A stretch of 10,427 nucleotides of DNA from Bdellovibrionia bacterium (GCA_049424145.1 JBMSSC010000097.1:1-10427); one strand, 5' to 3'; shown: positions 1 through 7,800, counted from the first letter of the stretch. Made by a program: numbers and translations. The notes: a model not told the origin generated them from the letters alone.

Positions 1-132
1 GTTGTATCTGAAAGAGAATATAGAACCAACGGTGAAGAATGTATCATCATCAGAAATGTTTTAGAATCTACTGTTATATTAGATTCTAAAACAACTGACC
101 ACGTAGTGGTAAAAACAATGACAAATTTAATA
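1..132 (+). other. Foreign AT-rich coding fragment (partial ORF, no start in window), probably phage-derived, joined to the host sequence
   Basis: GC is 39/132 (~30%) by hand count versus 56/108 (~52%) for 133-240. Frame +1 is open from base 1 (VVSEREYRTNGEECIIIRNVLESTVILDSKTTDHVVVKTMTNLIVKPDVGK..., stop at 199-201). The switch coincides with the premature stop of the minus-strand permease. Phage origin is recalled similarity, not a search result. Confidence 0.6.
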
Positions 133-978
133 GTCAAACCCGATGTAGGCAAAAAATACGACTCCTGCCGCAGTGAGAACTCCGGGCCAACCAAACGATA
201 AAAACGGCTGCCCGTTTCGCATGATCAGACTTTGAGGAGGAACCAAACGACCCAGCCCGGTGATTTCAGGATTTCCAATCCAATTTGCCGAATCCACAAC
301 ACCCCAACCCAAAGCAATGAAGCTTAAAATAATGGAGACTTTAATGATCACAATCAGGTTATTCACCCAAGCACTTTCCTGAATTCCCCGGCACAAAACG
401 AGGGCCATGGCTCCTGCCACCAGCGAGGCCGGAACATTCCACAATCCAAAAACCTGTGTCCCGTTGGATAAGTTCACCAGCTCCCAAGGGCCTTTAGTCA
501 ATCGCATCCATCCATCACTAAAGGGGATTTCCAAAGTCACACTCAATAAAGAAATCAAGTACCCGGACCAAGAGCAAGCCACCGTCACCGCACCAAACGC
601 ATATTCTAAGACCAAATCCCAGCCAATGATCCAAGCCACAAACTCCCCTAAGGTGGCATAAGAGTAAGTGTAGGCAGATCCTGCGACAGGGACCATGGCG
701 GCCATCTCAGCATAACAAAGGCCTGAGAACGCGCACAGGAGGCCCCCAATGACAAAACTATAGACAATGCCCGGGCCGGCATAATAAGCCGCTGCCGTTC
801 CAGTGAGAGAAAAAATCCCCGCCCCCACGATTGCCCCAATGCCCAGCAAAATTAAATTCATGGCGGTTAAAGATCGTTTGAGACCAGGGCTGGAACTTGG
901 CTCATCTAAACTGCTCTGACCCTCAACTGCGTTTTGGATTAAACTATTGAGATCTTTTCTGATAAAAAGGTTTGCCAT
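127..978 (-). CDS. APC-superfamily amino-acid permease (YfnA/GkApcT/CAT-like), C-terminally truncated at the TM6 motif (283 aa)
   Basis: Motifs LKRSL..LILLGIGAIVGAGIF (TM1), AGP, CYAEMAAMVPVAGSAYTYSYATLGEF, WIIGWDLVLEY (TM3) and VFFAYIGFD (TM6). The protein ends FAYIGFD-Y-stop, whereas both intact paralogs continue FAYIGFD-A(I/V)STTAEE for ~290 more aa. AGGA lies 8 nt upstream of the ATG. Confidence 0.93.
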   Translation of the reverse strand: MANLFIRKDLNSLIQNAVEGQSSLDEPSSSPGLKRSLTAMNLILLGIGAIVGAGIFSLTGTAAAYYAGPGIVYSFVIGGLLCAFSGLCYAEMAAMVPVAGSAYTYSYATLGEFVAWIIGWDLVLEYAFGAVTVACSWSGYLISLLSVTLEIPFSDGWMRLTKGPWELVNLSNGTQVFGLWNVPASLVAGAMALVLCRGIQESAWVNNLIVIIKVSIILSFIALGWGVVDSANWIGNPEITGLGRLVPPQSLIMRNGQPFLSFGWPGVLTAAGVVFFAYIGFDY

Positions 979-1000
979 ATTGATGGTCCTAACATAAAGA

Positions 1001-1012
1001 GTTCGTTCGTTC
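1001..1012. repeat. (GTTC)x3 tandem repeat in the 49-bp spacer between divergent permeases; possible operator
   Basis: gttcgttcgttc is seen directly. It lies in the spacer of a possible minus-strand promoter TTCAAC-N17-TATGTT. The function is inference. Confidence 0.3.
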
Positions 1013-1027
1013 AGTTGAAAACAAGTT

Positions 1028-2803
1028 ATGGATTGGAAAACCCTTTTTCAAAAACTTTTCCGAAGAAAGAGCATCGCCCAAATCAGCCTAGAAATCAGCT
1101 CACTTCCCTCTGACTCTTCCACCTCAAGTGGGGGGTTGTCGAAGTCTCTAGGTGTTTGGGATCTCACTGCCTTTGGAGTCGCAGCGATCTTAGGAGCAGG
1201 CGTGTTCTCGACCATTGGCAATGCCGCAGCCGATGGCGGACCGGCTGTGATCTTCCTATTTATTCTCACGGCCGTGGCTTGTGCCTTCTCGGCCTTCTGT
1301 TACGCTGAATTTGCCTCGTCGATTCCAACTGCGGGCTCGGCGTACACCTACGCCTATGCCGCCTTCGGAGAGCTCTTTGCCTGGATCATTGGCTGGGACC
1401 TTTTACTGGAATATGCCATTAGCAATTTAGCCGTGGCCATCTCCTGGAGCCAATATTTTACAGGCCTTTTAGCAAGCTACGGACTTTACCTCCCCAAGTA
1501 TTTTACCCTAGATTACGTCTCCGCCTCACGGGCTTTTGAACAAGTAAGCCCCCTCATTGCCCAGGGTCAAAGTTTAAGCGAGCTTGCAGCCCAAGGCCTC
1601 TCCAGTCAGACGTTAAAAGGCTACTCCGCTTGGTTAGAAGCCCCTCAACTCCTTCAATGGCGCCTCATCTGTGACTTACCGGCATTAATCATCACCGTCA
1701 TCATCACAGGAATTGCCTACATCGGAATTGAAGAGTCCAAAAAGGCCTCAAATTTCCTCGTGTTCTTGAAAATCCTCGTCATTTTACTCGTCGTGGGAGT
1801 CGGAGCCACTTACGTTCAGCCTGAGAACTGGAGTCCCTTTGCCCCGCATGGGGTCACCGGGGTCCTCAAGGGCGTATCAGCCGTTTTCTTTGCCTACATT
1901 GGGTTTGATGCCATTTCCACCACGGCAGAAGAGTGCAAGAACCCCCAACGGGATTTGCCTCGCGGCATGATTTTTTCTCTGGTGATCTGCACTTTCCTTT
2001 ATTGCATCATCTCGCTCGTGCTCACGGGCATGGTCAGCTATCAAAAGCTTGCCGTCGGAGATCCCCTGGCTTACGTCTTTGGCCGAGAAGGCGCAAACCT
2101 GCCTTGGATTTCAGGAATCGTCAATGTGGGAGCGGTTGTGGCGCTTTCGACCGTTCTTCTGGTGTTTCAAGTCGGACAACCCAGAATTTGGATGGTCATG
2201 AGTCGCGACGGACTTCTACCCCCCGTATTTGCAAAAATTCACCCCAAATACAAGACGCCCTGGGTTTCCACTTTACTAACTGGGTTTATGGTTGGTATCC
2301 CTGCCCTTTTTATGAATTTAACTGAGGTGACTGATTTGACCAGCATTGGAACTTTATTTGCTTTCTCCTTGGTCTGTGGCGGTGTCTTAAAAATGAACCC
2401 CAAGCAGAGAAACGAAAACCAGAAGTTTAAGACTCCGTACATCAATTCAAAGTACATCTTTCCTGCCCTCTTGGTGGTCACTTTAATCGGGCTACTTCTG
2501 CTCAATCCAGAAGGCGTCCGCGAGTTCTTTCTGATTCCTCACCCCAACGCCACCCTGTGGGAATCATTCAAGACTCGAATTCCATTGGGTGTCTTCACCT
2601 TAGGCACGCTGGTTTTAGCCTATCGGTGCTTCACTCAGAACCTTTCCCTCATTCCTGTCTTAGGCCTCACCTCCTGCGGTTACCTCATGACGGAGCTCGG
2701 ATGGACCAATTGGCTACGCTTTGGGATCTGGCTCATTGTCGGAGCATTTATTTACTTCCTCTATGGATTCCACCACAGCCACTTGCATGGGGAAGAAGCC
2801 TAA
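1028..2803 (+). CDS. APC-superfamily amino-acid permease (CAT/GkApcT-like, extended TM3-TM4 loop and extra C-terminal helices), 591 aa
   Basis: GVAAILGAGVFS, CYAEFAS.IP..GSAYTYAY, WIIGWDLLLEY, VFFAYIGFDAISTTAEECKNPQRDLP, GQPRIW..MSRDGLLP and SIGTLFAF motifs; CAT-like C-terminus LSLIPVLG..SCGYLM..L..TNWLRF..W; many hydrophobic segments. Confidence 0.96.
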   Translation: MDWKTLFQKLFRRKSIAQISLEISSLPSDSSTSSGGLSKSLGVWDLTAFGVAAILGAGVFSTIGNAAADGGPAVIFLFILTAVACAFSAFCYAEFASSIPTAGSAYTYAYAAFGELFAWIIGWDLLLEYAISNLAVAISWSQYFTGLLASYGLYLPKYFTLDYVSASRAFEQVSPLIAQGQSLSELAAQGLSSQTLKGYSAWLEAPQLLQWRLICDLPALIITVIITGIAYIGIEESKKASNFLVFLKILVILLVVGVGATYVQPENWSPFAPHGVTGVLKGVSAVFFAYIGFDAISTTAEECKNPQRDLPRGMIFSLVICTFLYCIISLVLTGMVSYQKLAVGDPLAYVFGREGANLPWISGIVNVGAVVALSTVLLVFQVGQPRIWMVMSRDGLLPPVFAKIHPKYKTPWVSTLLTGFMVGIPALFMNLTEVTDLTSIGTLFAFSLVCGGVLKMNPKQRNENQKFKTPYINSKYIFPALLVVTLIGLLLLNPEGVREFFLIPHPNATLWESFKTRIPLGVFTLGTLVLAYRCFTQNLSLIPVLGLTSCGYLMTELGWTNWLRFGIWLIVGAFIYFLYGFHHSHLHGEEA

Positions 2804-2804
2804 A

Positions 2805-4538
2805 ATGAACTGGAGAGCATTTTTTAAGACCAAGACGATTGAAAGCATCGAGCAAGAACTCCGAGCACGAGAAGCCACGGCGGAGGGGATGAAAAAATCC
2901 CTCGGCGTTTGGGATTTAACCTCCTTAGGGGTTGCTGCAATCCTCGGAGCGGGCATCTTCTCAACCATTGGAAACGCCGCTGCCGACGGTGGGCCAGCTG
3001 TGATTTTTCTCTTCATCCTCACGGCCGTAGCATGTGCTTTTTCTGCTCTTTGTTACGCCGAGTTTGCTTCAGTCATTCCTGCCTCAGGCTCAGCCTACAC
3101 CTATGCCTACGCCACCTTTGGGGAACTCGTGGCCTGGATTATTGGCTGGGATATTCTCATGGAATATGCGATCGGTAATATTGCGGTCTCCATTTCCTGG
3201 AGTCAGTACTTCACGGGTCTCATTGCCGCTTACGGAGTTAAAATCCCAAGCTACCTCACTTTGGATTTCATGACCGCTCGCTCCAGTTTTCATCAGATTC
3301 AACCCCTCCTTGATCAGGGACAAAGCTGGACTCAAATTGCATCCAGCGGTCTTCCAACTCAGACTTTAAAGGGCTTTCAAGCCTGGATGGACGCCCCTCA
3401 GATTTCAGGGATTCCACTGGTTTGCGACCTCCCCACTTTGGTGATCACCATTGCGATCACTTGGATTGTTTACGTAGGAATTGAAGAGTCCAGAAAAACC
3501 TCCAACCTTTTAGTCTTCATCAAGCTCTTCATCGTTGCTCTAGTGGTTTTTGTCGGAGCCACCTACATCCAACCTAAAAACTGGGTTCCCTTTGCACCTA
3601 ACGGGGCCAAAGGGGTTTTAAAAGGCGTTTCTGCCGTCTTTTTTGCCTACATTGGGTTTGATGCCGTCTCCACAACAGCTGAGGAGTGTAAGAACCCCCA
3701 ACGGGATCTCCCTCTGGGCATGATGTACTCGCTTTTGATCTGCACGGTTGTCTACTCGGTGGTCACCTTGGTCCTCACCGGAATGGTGAACTATCAAAAA
3801 CTCGGTGTAGGAGACCCCTTGGCCTATGTCTTTGGTCCGGAGGGGATGAACCTGCCTTGGATTGCAGGCATCGTCAATGTAGGAGCCCTCATCGCTCTCT
3901 CCACCGTGCTTTTAGTCTTTCAAGTCGGACAGCCTCGAGTCTCCATGGCCATGAGCCGTGATGGACTCTTGCCCCCCATCTTCTCGTCGCTTCACCCCAA
4001 ATATAAGACCCCCTGGTTTTCAACGTTGGTGATGGGATTTATGGTCGGAATCCCCTCGTTGTTTATGAACCTCGATGAGGTCACAGATTTAACTTCGATT
4101 GGAACTTTATTTGCCTTTCTTCTCGTTTGTGGGGGCTGCCTGGTCATTAAGAAGGACCCCAAGAAAACGGGAGGCTTTCGCATTCCGTACATCAACTCCA
4201 AGTACATTTTTCCGCTCCTGATGCTGAGCATCACCTTGGGCATGCTCTATTTTGAGCCCGAAAAGGTACGAGAGTTCTTTAACCCCGCTGAAAAGCTACA
4301 GGATAAAATCCCCCTCATCGTCTTCACACTGGGAATGACCGTCTTATCCTACTTTTCCTACACGCGATGCCTGTCGTTGATTCCAGTGCTCGGACTAGCC
4401 AGTTGTGGCTACCTCATGACCGAGCTTGGAATTACCAACTGGATTCGCTTTGGACTGTGGCTTGGCCTGGGGTCAGTCGTGTATGGATTTTACGGCTTTA
4501 AGAACAGTCGACTACAAAGAGGCGAAAGAAGCGTTTGA
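2805..4538 (+). CDS. APC-superfamily amino-acid permease, tandem paralog of 1028..2803 (577 aa)
   Basis: Same motif set as 1028..2803. Start moved from the ORF-track 2721 to ATG 2805: MNWRAFF parallels MDWKTLF of the upstream paralog, and the junction TAA-A-ATG suggests translational coupling. A hand alignment of the TM1-TM3 block gives 95/109 identical residues. Confidence 0.96.
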   Translation: MNWRAFFKTKTIESIEQELRAREATAEGMKKSLGVWDLTSLGVAAILGAGIFSTIGNAAADGGPAVIFLFILTAVACAFSALCYAEFASVIPASGSAYTYAYATFGELVAWIIGWDILMEYAIGNIAVSISWSQYFTGLIAAYGVKIPSYLTLDFMTARSSFHQIQPLLDQGQSWTQIASSGLPTQTLKGFQAWMDAPQISGIPLVCDLPTLVITIAITWIVYVGIEESRKTSNLLVFIKLFIVALVVFVGATYIQPKNWVPFAPNGAKGVLKGVSAVFFAYIGFDAVSTTAEECKNPQRDLPLGMMYSLLICTVVYSVVTLVLTGMVNYQKLGVGDPLAYVFGPEGMNLPWIAGIVNVGALIALSTVLLVFQVGQPRVSMAMSRDGLLPPIFSSLHPKYKTPWFSTLVMGFMVGIPSLFMNLDEVTDLTSIGTLFAFLLVCGGCLVIKKDPKKTGGFRIPYINSKYIFPLLMLSITLGMLYFEPEKVREFFNPAEKLQDKIPLIVFTLGMTVLSYFSYTRCLSLIPVLGLASCGYLMTELGITNWIRFGLWLGLGSVVYGFYGFKNSRLQRGERSV

Positions 4539-4578
4539 CGCAGCCACACTGACCCGAACGGGGCGGTCAGTCCGTCAA
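4535..4578. terminator. Stem-loop spanning the convergent stop codons of the third permease and the GlsB/YeaQ gene
   Basis: The inner arms ACTGACC (4548-4554) and GGTCAGT (4565-4571) and outer arms TTGACG (4535-4540) and CGTCAA (4573-4578) are perfect reverse complements. There is no clean U-tract, so termination function is uncertain. Confidence 0.4.
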
Positions 4579-4824
4579 GAAAAACAGGAGGCCGTAATAA
4601 AGGCCGAGCACTCCAACGGCACCGAGGGTTGCCACTCCAAATCCCAGTAACTCATCGTGAGGGGGAACCCAACCCAAAGCATGCCCCAGCCAGCCCATGA
4701 GAAGTGCTCCGCCCATGCCTAAAACGGAGGTCCCTAGAACTCCTAAGGGCTCCTTAAGAGGTAGCAAAGCCCGAGCCAAAAATGAGACGAGAAAACCCAA
4801 GAGGATCCAGCCCAGCGGACTCAA
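4567..4824 (-). CDS. GlsB/YeaQ/YmgE family (transglycosylase-associated) small stress-response membrane protein, 85 aa
   Basis: Family pattern WILLG.LV..LARALLP....G...T..LG..GA.L.GWLG..LG......GF..A.LGA..VL..Y with three hydrophobic helices. TTG start with a GGAGG Shine-Dalgarno 6 nt upstream (4831-4835). Confidence 0.88.
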   Translation of the reverse strand: MSPLGWILLGFLVSFLARALLPLKEPLGVLGTSVLGMGGALLMGWLGHALGWVPPHDELLGFGVATLGAVGVLGLYYGLLFFLTD

Positions 4825-4918
4825 TCACGACCTCCCAAGAGGAATTTAAAATCGATTGATGTGAACTTGAGTTCTGAAGAAACTGCAACTCTCAAGCCGG
4901 GATTCACCCCAAGAAGCA

Positions 4919-5956
4919 TTAACTGGACTGACAACGCTTGCTCAGAAACTCCCTGACTCGAGATTCAGCCGTCCGCATTTGGTTTTCGCTGCGCGTCCAA
5001 TCACTGAACAGGAGCGAGGGACTAAATACCCAGGACCATACCCCAGGACGCTGGCTTGTGTCTTGGAGCATGCCGCGAACCCCTGGATCCACTTCCTTCA
5101 TGCGCTTCTTTGAATTCTCACAAGCCACGCGATTGAGCTCTCGATACTCTCCCAATAAGGCCACCGGATAAGGGGTTTCACCCGTTGAAGAATACAGCGC
5201 TGGGGTGTGACTCGAGAGTAAGGGAAAGCGTGCAAGCTCCGAGCCCAGTTGCTGAATCACCTGAGTCTTCCATCTCCCCACACGGTAAAAATCCCGCCTC
5301 ATCTGGTTTCGATCCAACCAACCTGCCAGTGACCTTGGCTCTGGGATTTCTTGCTTCGGATATCCCGTTTTCAAATTTGTCCATTTTTCTTGAGAAAGAT
5401 AGGCTTCGCACCGTCTGATGCGAGTCTTAAATCGAAGCGCAAGCTCAAGCCCCACTTCACACTCAACCAAGGTGGCATCCACCTCTCCTCCCTTTCCTTC
5501 GAGAGCTGTCCACACGTATTGACCCGCTGTGAGGCTCGGATCATAGGGATCAAAACCCTCGCGCTCTGTGGCGTGAACCAGCTCATGGGCTAAGTCTAAA
5601 ACGAGATCCACCTGGGATTGATCCGGATTCAAATAGATGGTGATTTGACGAGTCTGCTCTTCTTGACCGGTTTGAGCGTGAAACGAACGGGTCAACACCG
5701 TATCCGTCTTTGAGATCGGACCCCACTGCAAACGACCCGTCAGTTGTGAGAACTCCTGAAGGTTCCACTGTTTGAGCGCCCGTTGAATCAACTGAGCCCC
5801 GGAGGGAACCCCACTGAGCTGACTTAAGGCAGCCACGAAGCGATCTAAGAACTGATCCTGGGAGAAGCTAGGGGACTCTCCACTCAGAAGAATCCCCATC
5901 AGACCTACAATGCCTCTTATTTTTTTAAATCCTAAGCAGCCCTCACCCCAAACCAT
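4919..5956 (-). CDS. Secreted hypothetical protein with HExxH zinc-metallopeptidase (zincin/gluzincin-like) motif
   Basis: Long ORF. ITIYL strand followed by the helix DLAHELVHA (HExxH at 5573-5587) and a candidate third ligand Glu in GGEVDA 30 aa after the second His. Signal-peptide-like KKIRGIVGLMGILLSGESPSFS/QD; four Cys in the mature part. The start is uncertain (TTG 5974, ATG 5956 or ATG 5899); 5956 is chosen for its position after a sigma28-like box. Confidence 0.72.
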   Translation of the reverse strand: MVWGEGCLGFKKIRGIVGLMGILLSGESPSFSQDQFLDRFVAALSQLSGVPSGAQLIQRALKQWNLQEFSQLTGRLQWGPISKTDTVLTRSFHAQTGQEEQTRQITIYLNPDQSQVDLVLDLAHELVHATEREGFDPYDPSLTAGQYVWTALEGKGGEVDATLVECEVGLELALRFKTRIRRCEAYLSQEKWTNLKTGYPKQEIPEPRSLAGWLDRNQMRRDFYRVGRWKTQVIQQLGSELARFPLLSSHTPALYSSTGETPYPVALLGEYRELNRVACENSKKRMKEVDPGVRGMLQDTSQRPGVWSWVFSPSLLFSDWTRSENQMRTAESRVREFLSKRCQSS

Positions 5957-5962
5957 ACGAGC

Positions 5963-5990
5963 GTATCGGAACAAACTGCCTACCGCTCAA
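5963..5990 (-). promoter_or_regulatory. Putative sigma28 (FliA)-type promoter for the HExxH gene
   Basis: The minus strand reads TTGAG-N15-TCCGATAC, then 6 nt, then ATG; the canonical consensus is TAAAG-N14-GCCGATAA. The -10 element is a good match; the -35 is weak and the spacing is 1 nt longer. Confidence 0.4.
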
Positions 5991-6025
5991 GAGTAAAAAA
6001 ACTCCCTCCCTCAAGGAAGAAATTA

Positions 6026-6054
6026 CTGACACACTGGGCCCTACCGCTTATGAT
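6026..6054 (+). promoter_or_regulatory. Putative sigma70 promoter of lnt (near-leaderless)
   Basis: CTGACA (6026-6031)-N17-TATGAT (6049-6054), each 5/6 to consensus. The ATG is only 9 nt downstream and there is no Shine-Dalgarno (caagcctcc). Confidence 0.6.
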
Positions 6055-6063
6055 CAAGCCTCC

Positions 6064-7722
6064 ATGAGCTCTTTTTTTTCCAAAAAACTAGCCCCTATTT
6101 TGCCTCATCCGCTGACCCTTTTATCCTCCCTCCTTCTGGTGATCTGCTTTCCACCCTGGAACCTTTGGCCCTGCATTTGGGTTTGCCTAATTCCCTGGTT
6201 TTGGGTGTTAAAAAACGCACCCCATCAAAAAGCAGCCCTCCGTGAGGGTTTTTGGCTGGGCTATGGCATGACACTCGGGGGGTTTTACTGGGTGGCCTAT
6301 GCACTCCAAGAGTATGGGAATTTACCCTGGCCCATCAGTGTTCTTGGACTTCTTTTGTTTTGCTGCGTGGGACAGCTTCAGTTTGTGGGAATCAGTGGAG
6401 TGTTGTTTCACAGGCTTCGAGCTCCCAATTCTCCCCTTCACCTGAGTCTCGGGCTTGCTTTTTTTTACACCGGCTTGGATTGGGTTTTGCCTAAAATATT
6501 TGCTGACACTCTGGGTCATTGCTTCTACCAGGCCCCTTACTTCCGACAACTGGCCGATCTCACCACGGCCTATGGTCTCACGTTTTTAGCCTTCTTCATG
6601 AACCTCACCCTCTTTGAGTGGGCAATGAGGCTCACTCAGAAACGCAAGTTTCAATTCCATGCTCCAGCCGTGATCTCCTTGCTGCTGTGCTTGAGTGCGT
6701 GGATTTATGGAAGCATTCGTGCCCCACAGCTCAAGCGGGAGATCAACGCAGCGACCTCGAGCATCCAATTGGCTGCCATACAGGCGAACATTGGGGATTT
6801 GCAAAAGCTTGCAGCCGAGCGCAACTTAGCCGATGCAGCCTTGGATGTGATGGATCGCTTCACTCGTCTCTCGGAGCAAGCCCTTCAAAGCAAGCCTTCC
6901 CCTCAGGCCATCCTCTGGCCTGAGACGTCCTATCCCGCCATCTTTGGTCAGCCAACCACTGAGTTGGAATCCATTTTAAATGCTCAAGTCGAGCGCATCG
7001 TTCAAAAGTATCAAGTCCCCCTGTGGTTTGGTGGCTATGATCGAATGAATCATCAGGACTTTAATTCTTTCTTCTTTTTAGAGCCTCAAGGGGCACTTCA
7101 TCGGTATCATAAAAATCGGATCCTTCTTTTTGGGGAATACATTCCGGGTTCTGAATGGTTCCCGCTGCTAAGGGAGGCGTTTCCCCAAGTGGGTAACTTT
7201 GGACGAGGCCCAGGGCCGCAGGTTTTCTCACTCCAAGTTCCCGGTCGCAACGAACCCTTACGGGTTGCACCCACGATTTGCTATGAGGGGCTATTTACGG
7301 ATTTCCTGGTGCAAGCCTCGCGAATGGGGGGAGAGCTGATCTTAAATATCACCAATGATTCCTGGTTTGGCCCCACAAGCGAACCCCACCTCCATCTGGC
7401 CTTAACCGTGTTTCGTGCCATTGAGACGCACTTACCCCTTCTGCGATCCACCAATACGGGAATCTCAGCCTTAATCACAGCCGATGGAGAGATCACTTCG
7501 CCCACAAACCTAGGGACTGAGGCGATTTTAAGCATTCGGATTCCGCTCACCCGAGCCCTGGGCTCTTTGGTGAAGCAGTGGGGGGATTGGTTTGGCCCCT
7601 TTTCTCTGATCATCGGGCTTTTATTGAACCTGTCCACAGGATTCCCCAGTGTCCAAACTCCCGACACCTGGCTCACCCGAGCCTGGATGAGCTTAGGACG
7701 GGGAAAGCTGAAAAAGAGCTAA
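6064..7722 (+). CDS. lnt: Apolipoprotein N-acyltransferase (552 aa)
   Basis: N-terminal TM bundle (FPP...W, GFYWV..AL..YG, QLADL...YGLTFL) followed by a nitrilase-fold domain: IQANI, LWPETS (catalytic Glu), YHK..ILLFGEYIP (Lys), ICYEG (Cys), NITNDSWFG, RAIE, RSTNTGISA, and the C-terminal WGDWF helix. Confidence 0.97.
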   Translation: MSSFFSKKLAPILPHPLTLLSSLLLVICFPPWNLWPCIWVCLIPWFWVLKNAPHQKAALREGFWLGYGMTLGGFYWVAYALQEYGNLPWPISVLGLLLFCCVGQLQFVGISGVLFHRLRAPNSPLHLSLGLAFFYTGLDWVLPKIFADTLGHCFYQAPYFRQLADLTTAYGLTFLAFFMNLTLFEWAMRLTQKRKFQFHAPAVISLLLCLSAWIYGSIRAPQLKREINAATSSIQLAAIQANIGDLQKLAAERNLADAALDVMDRFTRLSEQALQSKPSPQAILWPETSYPAIFGQPTTELESILNAQVERIVQKYQVPLWFGGYDRMNHQDFNSFFFLEPQGALHRYHKNRILLFGEYIPGSEWFPLLREAFPQVGNFGRGPGPQVFSLQVPGRNEPLRVAPTICYEGLFTDFLVQASRMGGELILNITNDSWFGPTSEPHLHLALTVFRAIETHLPLLRSTNTGISALITADGEITSPTNLGTEAILSIRIPLTRALGSLVKQWGDWFGPFSLIIGLLLNLSTGFPSVQTPDTWLTRAWMSLGRGKLKKS

Positions 7723-7783
7723 AAAGTCTATTGAATTCCGTGAGTTAGAAGAACCCCTGAAGACCCTGAGAATGGCTCAGGCC

Positions 7784-7800
7784 GGGCACGCGGCTTGCTT
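7784..7800 (+). promoter_or_regulatory. Putative sigma54 (RpoN) -24/-12 promoter of the lipoprotein gene
   Basis: gGGCACG-cggc-TTGCTT versus consensus TGGCACG-N4-TTGCW. GG (7785-7786) and GC (7797-7798) are separated by exactly 10 nt. It is followed by AAGGA (7813-7817) and ATG 7826. Confidence 0.7.

Noticed and set aside
2721..2804. 28-aa N-terminal extension of the third permease given by the ORF track
   Set aside because: It overlaps the upstream CDS by 83 nt; ATG 2805 matches the paralog N-terminus and is coupled to the upstream stop.
1048..4243. Pairs of similar antisense ORFs (1048..1269 with 2714..3022; 2239..2505 with 3992..4243) that look like a repeated small-gene family
   Set aside because: They are reverse-strand shadows of the two paralogous permeases; the sense-strand duplication fully explains their similarity.
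4861..4912. Inverted repeats (GAACT-tg-AGTTC; CTTGAG...CTCAAG; GGG-attca-CCC) between the HExxH and GlsB genes as a terminator or sRNA
   Set aside because: The stems are short or interrupted, with no U-tract and no recognisable RNA family; they cannot be distinguished from chance.
7724..7748. Possible IHF site upstream of the sigma54 promoter (aagtctattgaatt)
   Set aside because: It has two or more mismatches to WATCAANNNNTTR, too degenerate to call.
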